Shown here: positions 37,601 to 49,600 of the stretch, piece by piece
How positions within the stretch are numbered: the stretch's first letter is position 1
Layout: every line of letters begins with the position of its first letter
DNA from: Tubulanus polymorphus
Taxonomy: Eukaryota; Animalia; Nemertea
Direction: 5' to 3'
Length of the DNA: 64,000 nt
Assembly (NCBI RefSeq): GCF_964204645.1
Contig: NC_134026.1
Location: 18,696,150-18,760,149 of the forward strand
Made by a program: the position numbers and the translations under genes
The notes under the pieces: model-generated
Database searches by the model: none
What the model was told of the DNA's origin: nothing
Seen by the model: only the letters and a program-made list of their open reading frames with translations

Positions 37601-40600
37601 GCTGTTGTCAGATACAAATCTGACAATAATTCAAGTAAGAGGAAATTGGAATCATATTGACATTCTATTGATTGGTGTTCGAGTTTTAACTCTTTCCTGC
37701 CCGCTCCTGGTATGTACCGGGTTCAGGGAACCCGTGCATATTGTCCGCTCCCGGTATATACCGGGTTGACGTAAGCACTCACTCACCAGCGGCTGTGAGC
37801 CATACCGGGCACCGTACTAGCTAATAATCGTCAGAAAACCATCACACTAGGACGTGCTGCCATCTGCCGAATTGTTACAACGCTAATTCAAGAGTTTTAG
37901 GTGACGTTTTATAAATATAATAATTGTCGATTGTGGAGCCGTTTTGCGGAGCTGTTATTTCATGTATTTCCTGGTTTCTACATCGACACCGACAGCTGTA
38001 AAGCTATTTTTTTGGTATATATCGCTCATATACCTTACTGAGAATGCTTGTTTGATGCTTGACAGTATTTTTTTGTGATAATAGCATGATTATTCGGGTG
38101 TTCTATGTCCATTTGTGGGCAAAAAATAGGGGTACTTAGTCATATATTCTATTTACAGAGGCCTGTGGAAACTGGTGGAATTTTGTAGCTTTGGATGTTG
38201 CCATTATACCCTGAAAATATCATATACATATTCCAAGTAATAATGTTTTTATAACAGTTTAGCAAAAAAGGTCATTCATTAAAATATTGTGAAAAAGTAT
38301 GTGGGCACAGGATACTGGATATAAATAAAGTATCCGGGCACGATGTCGGGAATTGTTATATGTCAGTTACCAGTAACGCACTCCCCTCAGTTCATGTAAC
38401 CCCGCCTATGTAAGCCCCGCATGAACTTATGCTGTAGCGAGTAGATAAATAAATCAGAGTTTACTTAGACACCAAACATATTGGTCGTTGTTCACCTCTC
38501 CTGCGGTCTTGCTTATTTTACTCAAACCTGGACCATTTAATGTGGCAATCATAGCCCACATTCTGGTGCCGTGACCAGGATATACAAGCAGTAAATTCGG
38601 AAACTCAGCCAAGATGCCGTCGAAAGAAGAGATAATGCGAAATGCGCAAATTCGACAGATGACGAAACTTTTTGATCAGGCGAGGGAGTTACTTCATTCG
38701 GAAAGTGACGAAAGCCTAGACAAATTGTCTGGCGTCATAACTAGAATACGTACAAAATTGGAAGTTATCTCAGGATATGATTCGGAACTGATTGCGAACG
38801 CAGAGTTAGGGAAACTCGAAGACCTCGTATGTGAAACCGATGATTATATGAACGAAATAAACATCGAACTATCAACCTTCATCGGATACCTCGAACGGAA
38901 AAAGAATCAAATCGAACCGACGACGCGCATGAAATCCGAGCAACAAAAAACTGCGAAAAGACCGATCCAGTTGCCGAAGTTATCTTTGCCAACATTCGAT
39001 GGCGATATTCTGAAATGGCAAACGTTCATCGATGGGTTTTTCTCGGCAGTTGATAGTGATGAGAACTTAACGAATATCCAAAAGTTCCAATATCTGTCCG
39101 CACAGCTAAAGGGCGACGCTGCAAAAACGATCGAAAACCTGAGTTTAACAAAACGAAAATTATAATCAAGCTTTGGAACTTTTGTTAAACCGGTACGGGA
39201 CACCACACAAAATTGTGGCCGCATACATGAAAGCGTTATGGGAGCTTTCACCACCGAGTGATCGCGACAACTCACTACGGAATTTCTATGACTCTCTGGA
39301 ATCTTATATTCGTGGATTAAATTCACTCGGAAAATCCGAAGAATCGTACGGAGATCTGTTAGTACCCATCATAATGGAAAAACTACTGAGCGGAACTAAA
39401 CAACAGATTACCAGAGACCACGGTAACAATGCTTGGAGCCTGACTGATCTAAGAAAGTCACTCCTTAAAGAAATTGAGGCCTTCGAGGCTAGTATCGAAA
39501 GCCTTACGATAGAGGATGATTTTCCCGCCAATTCGGACCGTGGGAGCGTTCGCAGTTACGGCGAAAAACAGACATAATTTTTCACGGGAAAACGATCGAA
39601 AATGTGCGTTCTGCAAAAAGATCAATCACGTTGCGGTGGACTGTAAAACGTTTCCAGATGCTGAAAAACGCAGAGAAATTGTTGCTAGGGATAATTTATG
39701 CTTTAATTGTCTCTCGAGCGGTCACAAATCGACGAAATGCTTATCGAAAAACAGATGCAGAGTTACAAACTGCGGCAAAAAGCATCACACATCAGTTCAT
39801 TTAGATGCAAAATCAACCACACCTGTGGCCGCAAAATCAACCGATGAGAAAGCTGACAGGGATTGACATCAGTATCTGGGCGCCGCCGATGGAACAGTGT
39901 TATTAAAAACAGCTATCGCGAACGCAAAAAGTCGCGAAGGCGTAACGACTAACGTAAACATCTTGTTCGACGAGGGCGCTCAGCGGAGTTTTATTACTCA
40001 AAGAACAGCCGAAAGATTATATATAAACAGTGAAGAAACCGAAACTATATCGATCAACACATTTGGCGCGAAACAATCAAGTGCGCGGTCACTGATTGTT
40101 GCGAACTTTACACTATGTTCTGATGAAACCGACATACCGATAACGGCGTTAATTGTTCCACAAATTGCGTCGACAATGCGAAACCAAACCGGCAGATCTA
40201 TCAAAGATTTACCGTATCTGAAAGGTTTGAAATTAGCGCATCCGTTTTCTACCGAATCACACTTCGAAATCGACATTTTAATCGGTGCCGATTTCTATTG
40301 GTCAGTGGTCGGTAACCACACAATCCGCGGAAATGGACCCACGGCAGTATCTTCGAAATTAGGGTATCTTCTCTCTGGACCGCTTAGTGATTGCGATCCA
40401 ATAAATACTGCACGAGTTTACAACGTGGATGTTACGTCACATCGTTCGGAGGAAGTCAACCTCCAAAAATTCTGGGATCTCGAATCCATAGGCGTAACTG
40501 ATGCAACAGATGCGGATTCAAAAGAATTCAATCTACTCGACTACTGTCAATCAAGCCTGACGACATCCGACACGGGACGGTATACTGCGAAGTTGCCGTG

Positions 40601-43600
40601 GAAGAGTGGACACGCCCCTCTTCCGACAAATTACTATGTTACTCGAAACATAACACAATCGATGATTCGTCGGCTATCGCCGCAAATTCGAAATGTTTAC
40701 CACAACATTATCATGGATCAATTATCGCGAGACTTCATCGAAGAAGTCACAGATGATGACCGAAACATAGGTCATTATATACCGCATCGCGCGGTCAAGA
40801 AGGAATCGTCAACAACCCCTATCCGTATCATCTATAACGCGTCTTAATCGACCGCGGGAAACCCTAGTTTAAATGATTGTTTGGAGACCGGTCTGACGCT
40901 GCTGAATGACCTCGGTTCAATCCTGATCAGATTCAGGTTGCATAAATTCGGATTGTCGGCGGATATCGAAAAGGCGTTTCTTCAAGTTGGTCTGCACGAT
41001 GATGATCGCGAGTATACGAAATTTCTATGGTTGACTGATCCTAAGAATCCAGAAAGTGAACTCAAAACCTATCGCTTCAAGGTTATATTGTTCGGCGTGG
41101 TGAGTTCACCCTTTATATTGAATGCTACTGTTCGTTTTCATCTAAATAATTATAATAACCATGTATCACGTGACTTAGTTAAAAATATATATGTCGACAA
41201 TGCGATTAGTGGATGTGAATCTGAGAGCGATCTCATGAAATACTATATGAATATCAATAGCATTATGAAAAACGGCGGATTTAAACTTCAGTCTTATGCT
41301 TCTAACCCTTCGTTACTAAAGGCCAAAGCAGATTCCGATAATTTATCGGACGAGAAAACTATTGTTTCTACGCTCAGACTCCACGCTGTCATTCAAAAAC
41401 AAACAAGCGTTCGCCAATCCTGACTTGATTACCAAACGCGAAATCGTTAAGGCTGTCTCGAGCCTTTATGACCCGTTAGGATATGTCTCGCCTGTCCATA
41501 TTAAGTCGAAGATGTTCGTACAGCAGTTGTGGACGGAAGGTTATGAGTGGGACGAAACCCTACCCGAGCGCGTAGTCGAATCGTGGATCTCGTTGATAAC
41601 GGAATTGCGTGAAATTAGCGAAATACGCGTTGATCGACGCTACTCGAAATCGGAAGCGAAATCGGAAGCTAAGTACAAATTGCACACTTTCTGCGATGCG
41701 AGCCAATTGGCATACGGCGCTTGCGTTTATCTAAAACGTGGAGATCAGACGGTACTCGTCATGTCTAAATCGCGTGTGGCACCTATGTGGCGCGTATGTT
41801 AAAAAACATACGATACCGCAGTTAGAATTAATGGCCGCATTGATTGGTGCTAAATTAACAGATTACGTTCGAAACGGTCTGATTACTGAAATAGTCATAA
41901 CAAAGTGCGTGCTCTGGTCAGATAGCCAGATTGTGTTACACTGGATCAACTCCCGAGAAAAAGCTTCCCGTCTTCGTAGCTAATCGCGTGCGTCAAATTA
42001 AATCGGTGACAACTATCGGTCGCTATAAATATTGTCCGACGAGTGACAATCCGGCTGATATGTTAAGCAGAGGAATATTGTGCAAACAAATTACGCGATG
42101 CACGCTCTGGTGGAATGGCCCTAGCTGGCTTAGCAAAGGTAATTATCCCACCTGCGACACGATCGATCGAGCAGTTTTGCTCATAACCGAAATGGACGAG
42201 GACAAACAGCCTGACGAAAAAATCTGCGAAAACAACGAAGTCGGAATATGTAACGTAATAGATCAGAACGATTTCACTTCGTTAACAAGGCTATTACGCG
42301 TAACCGCGCTAGTTCGACGATTTATTAAAAAGTTAAGACGCGAAAACCATGAATCGGATGAAATAACTGCTAACGAAATAGCAGAATGCGAAGATCTATG
42401 GAACAAAGGTGTTCAATCGAGTTACTTCAATGACGTGAAAGTTAGTTTAGAACATAAATCTAAGAAAAGGCCATCACTTGTAAAGAAACTTCGTTTGTTT
42501 TTAGAAGATGATATCATTCGTGTTGGAGGCCGTCTCCATAACGCGCCCATCGGATACGATGCAAAGTTTCCGATATTGTTACCTCATTGTAGATATAGTG
42601 AATTAATCGTACTGGATTCCCATAATAAGGTCAAACACCTCGGTACAGAATCTACTATAACCGTAGTCCGACAAAAGTATTGGATTACTCGTGTTCGTCA
42701 AGTGGCTCAGAAGTTGTTGAGAAAATGCGTCATATGCAAATATATCACCGGTAAACCGTACTCTGCAAATATATCACCGGTAAACCGTACTCGTTACCAA
42801 ACTGCGCTCCGTTACAATCTTCGCGTTTGAAAGAGGCTCCACCCTTCACCGTCTGTGGTTTAGATTTCACCGGTGCACTACATCTTCGGTCGAAATCCGG
42901 GGAGGAGTCACTCGCGTATATATGCTTGTTTACTTGCGCCAACACGCGTGCCATCCATCTGGAAGTGGTAACGGACATGACTACGTCAACATTCCTACAC
43001 GCGTTGAGGAGAATGGCTGCCAGACGTTCGTTACCACAGAAAATAATATCGGACAACCAATCAACCTTTATTGCGAGTAACAATGCTATCAAAAAGATAT
43101 ACGAATCGATCGAAACCCGAAAGTACTTCAGCCTACACCGATCAGAGTGGGTCATGATAACTCGTCGAGCCCCCTGGTTTGGTGGATTTTACGAAAGGCT
43201 AGTTGGAATAACAAAAACCGCGATCAAAAAAGTTCTGGGGCGTGCGCGAGTATCCCTGCTGGAATTGATTACGATCGTATCAGAGACTGAACAAGCTGTA
43301 AATAATCGCCCGATATCGTACTGTTCATCTGATGTGGTCGACCCAGAACCTTTAACCCCGTCACATTTCCTTCACGGTCGCGTTGGTCGCGTTCTCACGA
43401 GTTTACTGCATCTGTTCGTAAGTTACGATGAACTGACCGACCCGACGCTTGGAAATGTGCCGTCAGAATTTGAAAAACGTTCGGTGCGAATCGGTTCATT
43501 AAAACAACATCTGTGGAAACGTTGGGCTGAGGAATACGTAACAGCCCTACGCGAAAGACACATCCAATTTAAAAATCGCGGATTAACTGGGAATACCATC

Positions 43601-46600
43601 AGAAAGGGTGATGTCGTGTTAGTACACGACGACAATCATAATTCGCGTCTGAAATGGAAATTAGCACTGGTCGAGGAACTCGTTCCGGGGAACGACGGCT
43701 TAGTTAGAACCGCTAAGATCAAAATTTCGAATGGCAGAACTAATCGACCAATTAGCAAACTCTACCCTCTTGAAGTGCGCGCCACAGATCCCTCGAACAC
43801 GTGCAAACCGGACTCAAACGTAAATTCTGCACCCGTCACACGTCATTCGACGAGAAAGGCAGCTGCCGAGGCTAGAAATAACATCAGTAGATGGGCTAAC
43901 GTGCTGTCTGATACATGTAGTAGTTAATTAATTGATAACCGCTCAGGTCAACGCTAGGTCACTCGGACCTAAACAACAAACACAACGCAATGTAATAGAC
44001 TGTATAATCTTAGTTTTAGAATTAATTTCAATTATACACATCATTTTTAGTTGTCAGTAGTTCCTTATCTGACTATCATAAATTTATAACAATATACATG
44101 CATCATTTATTCGAATATCGATATTATTTAGTTGTAGTAACATTTTTCTTAATTACATCTATCTATTTTCTGTCGCCCGGGAGAATGTCGGGAATTGTTA
44201 TATGTCAGTTACCAGTAACGCACTCCCCTCAGTTCATGTAACCCCGCCTATGTAAGCCCCGAATGAACTTATGCTGTAGCGAGTAGATAAATAAATCAGA
44301 GTTTACTTAGACACCAAACATATTGGTCGTTGTTCACCTCTCCGGCGGTCTTGCTTATTTTACTCAAACCTGGACCATTTAATGTGGCAATCATAGCCCA
44401 CACACGAAAGGGTTAAGCGACATTTGAAGTTGAAAGGATTTAAGTTGAGAAATGGAGTCTTCTGTCGATACGAGAGTTATCATTACTAGAGTAGAACGTG
44501 GAAACCACGGGTGATTGCCTTTGGCCCAGAACTTCAAATTGTTCAATTTATTCGCAATGGAATTAAGACGGGCCATTTAAAATCCATATGTCCATGCCCG
44601 TGGAAACCCATGAGCTTTGATGACCTGTACCCGTGGAGAGCGGGAACTATCGGAGGTAAACAAAATATGTACAGTATTGCGCAGGTCTCGAACTTCTGAC
44701 TTATCATCAGGTGCCAGTCTTGTACTCTACTAACTGGGCCGTTGTGACAGCATAGTGATGAAATATTGTAGAATTGTTTTCTTGCAGTAAGAGCCTATAA
44801 TTAGAATTCCTGCTTACTGATTGGCTGAAATTTTGTCTGCCTCCGTTTGGCCCCCTATAAATATTTTCATACCCGCTTATACCCGTTGCATTAGTTTATA
44901 CAATGATTGACTACCACACAAAATTTTAAGGCCCAATTCTTTTCCACGGCGACGCTATTTGGTACAGAGTTTCGTATCAATATATAGATGTTAAGTGATA
45001 TCAATTTTTCACTCAAGGCACAACAACTACTGGAAGGTAAATTTCAATTCGAGATTCACAGAAAACTGAACACGCAAACAAGTCTTCCCTACCGGCCAGA
45101 GCTGCCAAACCCTGAAAATTGTTCCGAGGGACAGAGATCCTCATTTTCCGGGACAACCAACAATTTTTATGGACATCCTAAAGATTCAGCATTCTTAAGC
45201 TTTTAACCGTAAGTCAAGACTAGGTGGAGACTGCATCATGAACAAAAGTTTCAATCACACTCAAAGTGTGGGATAGTTAAGAACCGACTACTAGCGCCAC
45301 AGTGTTGTCACTTGCCAAATTAAATAAAAAGTAAATTTTCCGAGGGATAAAAATATATATGAAAAACCAAGATAATTGATGGAAGCGTCTTCAAAATATC
45401 CCCTGAAAAAGTAATAAAATGTGTAAAAAGTGCTGATTTTGGAGAACAATAATGGCTGCATCTTGACTCTGACCAGGCAGACTTTGGGCTGGAGATGTAT
45501 TGTGTAAACCATACCATATGAAAGGTCTTCAAAACTTTCCAAAATAACTGGATTCTGTCTATGGACAGAGGAATGGACAGCCCTGAAAAGTGAATGCAAT
45601 AATACCCTGCGGCCGGTTGCATAGTCATGGCTTAGACTTAAGACCAGTCTAAGACCAACTTAGTTCTATAGCCAATCTAACAACTTAAGACTGGTCTTAA
45701 GATTGCCTAGCGCACATCGACACTGCGATTGGAGACAATTTGTTGCAAGGCAGTTTTCGGCGCATGAGAGGAAATTGCTTGATTGTGTCGTTGTGAGCGA
45801 GCTTACGATTGGTAAGCGTCTACCTATCTCCAGTTCCAGCCAGTTGCCCATGTTCTACTTTTGAGCAACTGGTTGTACTCAATCGCAGTCATATCCGTCG
45901 ATGTGCGCGCTCTGGATCTCGACGATCGACACGCGCCATGCAGTTGCTGCAACTGACCGGTTGTAACTAGATTTTGATGTGCGCGGGGTAATCGTTCGGT
46001 AGCAACTAGTTGTCTCCAATTGCAGTGTCGACGTGCGCTAGGCTTTAGACCACTTTTTGACTTAAGTCACGACTGTGCAAGTCCAAAGTGGGCTAAATAT
46101 TAAAAAAAGTGTGATATTTTTACCAAGACAAAAAGCCATTTTTTTAAAATCTGCGATATTTAAATGCTTCCCGGTACAGCGAGACGAACTATAAAATTTT
46201 GTGATGGTTGGCAGCATTGACAGGCGATGATGAAACGAGATTTCACCACTAATGACAAAAACCAATTGTAAAAAGTCTTTTGTACCGTCCACTTTTCTGA
46301 TCTTTGGTCATTACATAATCAGAAGATTCTATTTTTGCTGCAGTACATTAACATGTACTGTATTATACTTTCAAAACTGATTCGAGAATAAATAGATCGC
46401 ACCTTTCTGCTTTTCTTATGTTTTTTTGGTACATCCGGTTTTGGCGGCAATTGAGGCGGAGTCATCCGTATTTCAGGAGATGGGTACAGATTTATATCAG
46501 CCGCTCCTGGCAGTTCAGTCGGCTCCCTGTAATCATTCAACAAAAAACACACGAATTATCACATAACCTAGCAATCTGTTCCATGAAAAGTGACTCAGAT

Positions 46601-49600
46601 GAGCTAGCTAGAGTCAGTTACAGTCAAGGCATTAAGTCAAACATATGCGCGGGCAAAACACCACATTCTACAGCCACGTACTTGTAACAACATAAAAACA
46701 GTCGTCAGATTTCAGGCCATTTTTGGCTTAAGTAATGATTGAACCCGAGATGCATTGATAATTGGTTTCTACACTTACAGGAGAAACAAGTAATTCTACG
46801 GAAAAAATATTGGTTTTTGATAGAAAAATGAAATTATTCTGATTTTGTAATTTATTTTGGAAATTAATAGAAGTCATAAATAGAATAGAAAATCTCAAAT
46901 AGTAGCAAAACAAAATCTGGCATTTTCTACCTACAAAATCCACAACATTTTGAGGGAGCCTTTCAAAAGCCAGCAGAGATCAGGGCTGCTCACAAGAACT
47001 GCAAGCATCAATGATCAATCAATAATAATTAGTACTGTAATATTCTAAGGGGCTGTTCAAAAATTATGTAACGCGTCAGGGGTGGGGGTCTAACACATTT
47101 TGTTACAGCTTGTTACAGGGGAAGGGGGGGGGTTGTAAGGACATCTGTTACATAACAAAACACATGGGAATCACAGAAGGATGAAATTCTTCATAATACC
47201 CTTTGAACTATGGATTGAATATGCTTGAAACAATAGCTAAACTATATTGAACTTAAACTTTCTGACAATAACTAATTTACAAAAACACTAAGAGTCTTGA
47301 CCACTACTACTAAAAGCCATTTTGTAAAGATTGTAAAATACTAGAAATATTAATATTGCATATTGTTGGGAAAATGATCTCATACAACAACCACCTAAAA
47401 ATCAATAAGTGGTGCACTATTTACTGCTAGAGTGTTACCTAGGCCTACCCAATTTCCTAATGGTTTAAATGAATAATTAGGCCTATATGGGGGGGGGGGT
47501 AATTTCATTTTCTTACATAATATCTAAGGGTGTGACGACGTGTGTGACAAGCTGTTACACAGGGGGAGGGGGTGTCTAAATTTTCCCACAATGTGTTACG
47601 TAATTTTTGAACAGCCCCCATGTGCCCATATCTTAATTTAGACAAACCAAATGATTCTCGCTGGGCCAGATTTGACTACCTTGGCATAGTTTTCACCAAA
47701 ATTGAGAACAATTCAATGTCAAAGACAGTAATTTGATTAGAAGTGAACTAGAAATTATTCTGGTTTTTACGGTTAAATTTATATTTTCCGGAGTAAATAT
47801 GCTCTTGAAATGGTTGCTACTCTCAAATAGTAGAGGTAGTAAAAGAAAAGTAACATCATCAAAGCTGCAGCAGGTGCATGGAAGTCATCTGTCAGGCCAG
47901 TAGATATCTGATACCAACTGGCCTGACACTTTGTCTCATTGCCTTTCTACCAGGAGTGAGATGATCATCTCGCTCCTGGCAGAGAGGCAATGAGACAAAG
48001 CGTCATCATAGAGTTCAGGCTTTTGATCTGAAATACCACATCCCGACTTTCCAGGGTTTGAATGCCTCTCGTTGAAGTTCACACCAACACACACCCTAGG
48101 CGCAAACTCTTCATCGATCTAGCACCTTGACCAAGAATTCTTGGGTGGACAGCTTCGGTGGATGGCATTCCGACCCTCCCTGGCAAGCGAGGATGGACAT
48201 ACCAGTTGTTGAACGTTCAACTACCAGTGCTAAATTTAGGGAGGATTCATTTGACAGCTTGGCTTACCTAACAACATCTGTTTGGTCATCTGACGGCTGC
48301 ACACGATGAGGGGACAGCAAAACAGAATCGTGTTGGGGTAATTCCTGATCGATACTTTGTAACAACAAGTCGTTGTCCGGAAATCCGGGCAAGTCTTGTT
48401 CAAAAACTTGTCGATTCTAGAAATAAGAATTCTCCATTACAATCTGAATAAATTTCGTCCAAATCGTTTGTTATAAATCTCGTTATCGAACCTCGTTAAT
48501 ACGAATCCCATAGGCTGCAGTGAAATTGTTTCAATGGGTTTTGTATAATCGAACGTGGGTTGATATGAAGGTTTGAGTCTGGACTTCTGGAAATCATCGT
48601 GGTAATAATGGGTTTCGTATTACTAGATGTGGTTGGACTATTCTTGTAAATCTGATTAACTCCCATTTATCATATTAGGATCAGTTGTCAGCAAAATCTG
48701 ACCATGGGTCACTTTCCTGACCGCCCGCTCATCTTGGACCCTCTGATAATAATTTCTGCTACCATGCTATATCTAAAATCAGTTCCCCGACATAATGATC
48801 ACTCCACATTCCAATCAGCTTCATTAGTGGTTACTACAGTGTATTGACTTATCTCAACAATTCCATTCATGTCAATAATTCTACGTTTTTTTTTGTAATG
48901 ATGCAACAACCTGCAATGATGCCTCTAACGACGAGCAATGGGGTAGGTTGGACAAACACTCAGGTCTGAGGAAAATTTTCTAGTTTTTCCCCTCATTTTT
49001 GACTGTCATCCCTAAGTCATAAGAAATAGCATTTATATGCTTCGAATGATAAGAATTGTATTAGAACCAATCGTTCTTTATTTAGACATGACGCTTAAAC
49101 ATGCAGAGATATTCCCGTCATTAAACTAAACACACTAAATCAGGGATAAATCTGAGATAAATCTGCAGTCATCACATAATCAAAAGTCAATGGTTCTAAG
49201 ATTGAGTTCCCTTTCTTTTCATTGAATAGCTAGAAAATTTGACTTTCTCATAGTTAAGGAGTTTTTTTTCAAGTCGGAGGAAATCTTCCGGTCTCAAAGC
49301 ATCCCACTTGCTACTCATTGTTTACTCAACAGTCAAACCTCGCTATAACAATCTCGGATATAACGAGTTATCGGTTATTACAAACCCAGAATTCCATCCC
49401 AAAATAGGACAATTTTAATGCTTCTGGATATAACGAACTATCGGTTATAACAAATCGATTTTCTTGTCCCTTGAAGTTAATAGTAACGAGGCTCCGATGT
49501 ATCAATAAAATCTATGAGAAGCTGAATGATTATAAGAATATCATCATTACACTGAAATACAACACTATAAAACAAGGAAGTCCATTTATCTAAACACTAT

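Larger units (their letters stand above)
38344..44402 (+). mobile_element. Full-length BEL/Pao LTR retrotransposon, coding region disabled, in rec8 intron 9 (antisense to rec8)
   Basis: TG..CA LTRs at 38344-38560 and 44186-44402 (217 bp, 2 mismatches); 5-bp TSD CACGA (38339-38343 / 44403-44407); PBS and PPT present; gag-PR-RT-RH-IN order with Pao-type motifs. Confidence 0.97.
37690..44412. mobile_element. piggyBac-type non-autonomous element (~660 bp) split at its right TIR by the BEL/Pao insertion
   Basis: TTAA-CTCTTTCCTGCCCG... left end; ...CCGGGCACGA[LTR element]CACGAAAGGG-TTAA right end; TTAA on both sides. Confidence 0.75.

Noticed and set aside
41189-41200. YVDN instead of YxDD in the RT active site as a novelty or inactivating lesion
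   Set aside because: YVDN is known in several BEL/Pao lineages (e.g. nematode Tas/Cer-type elements), so it is not evidence of novelty.
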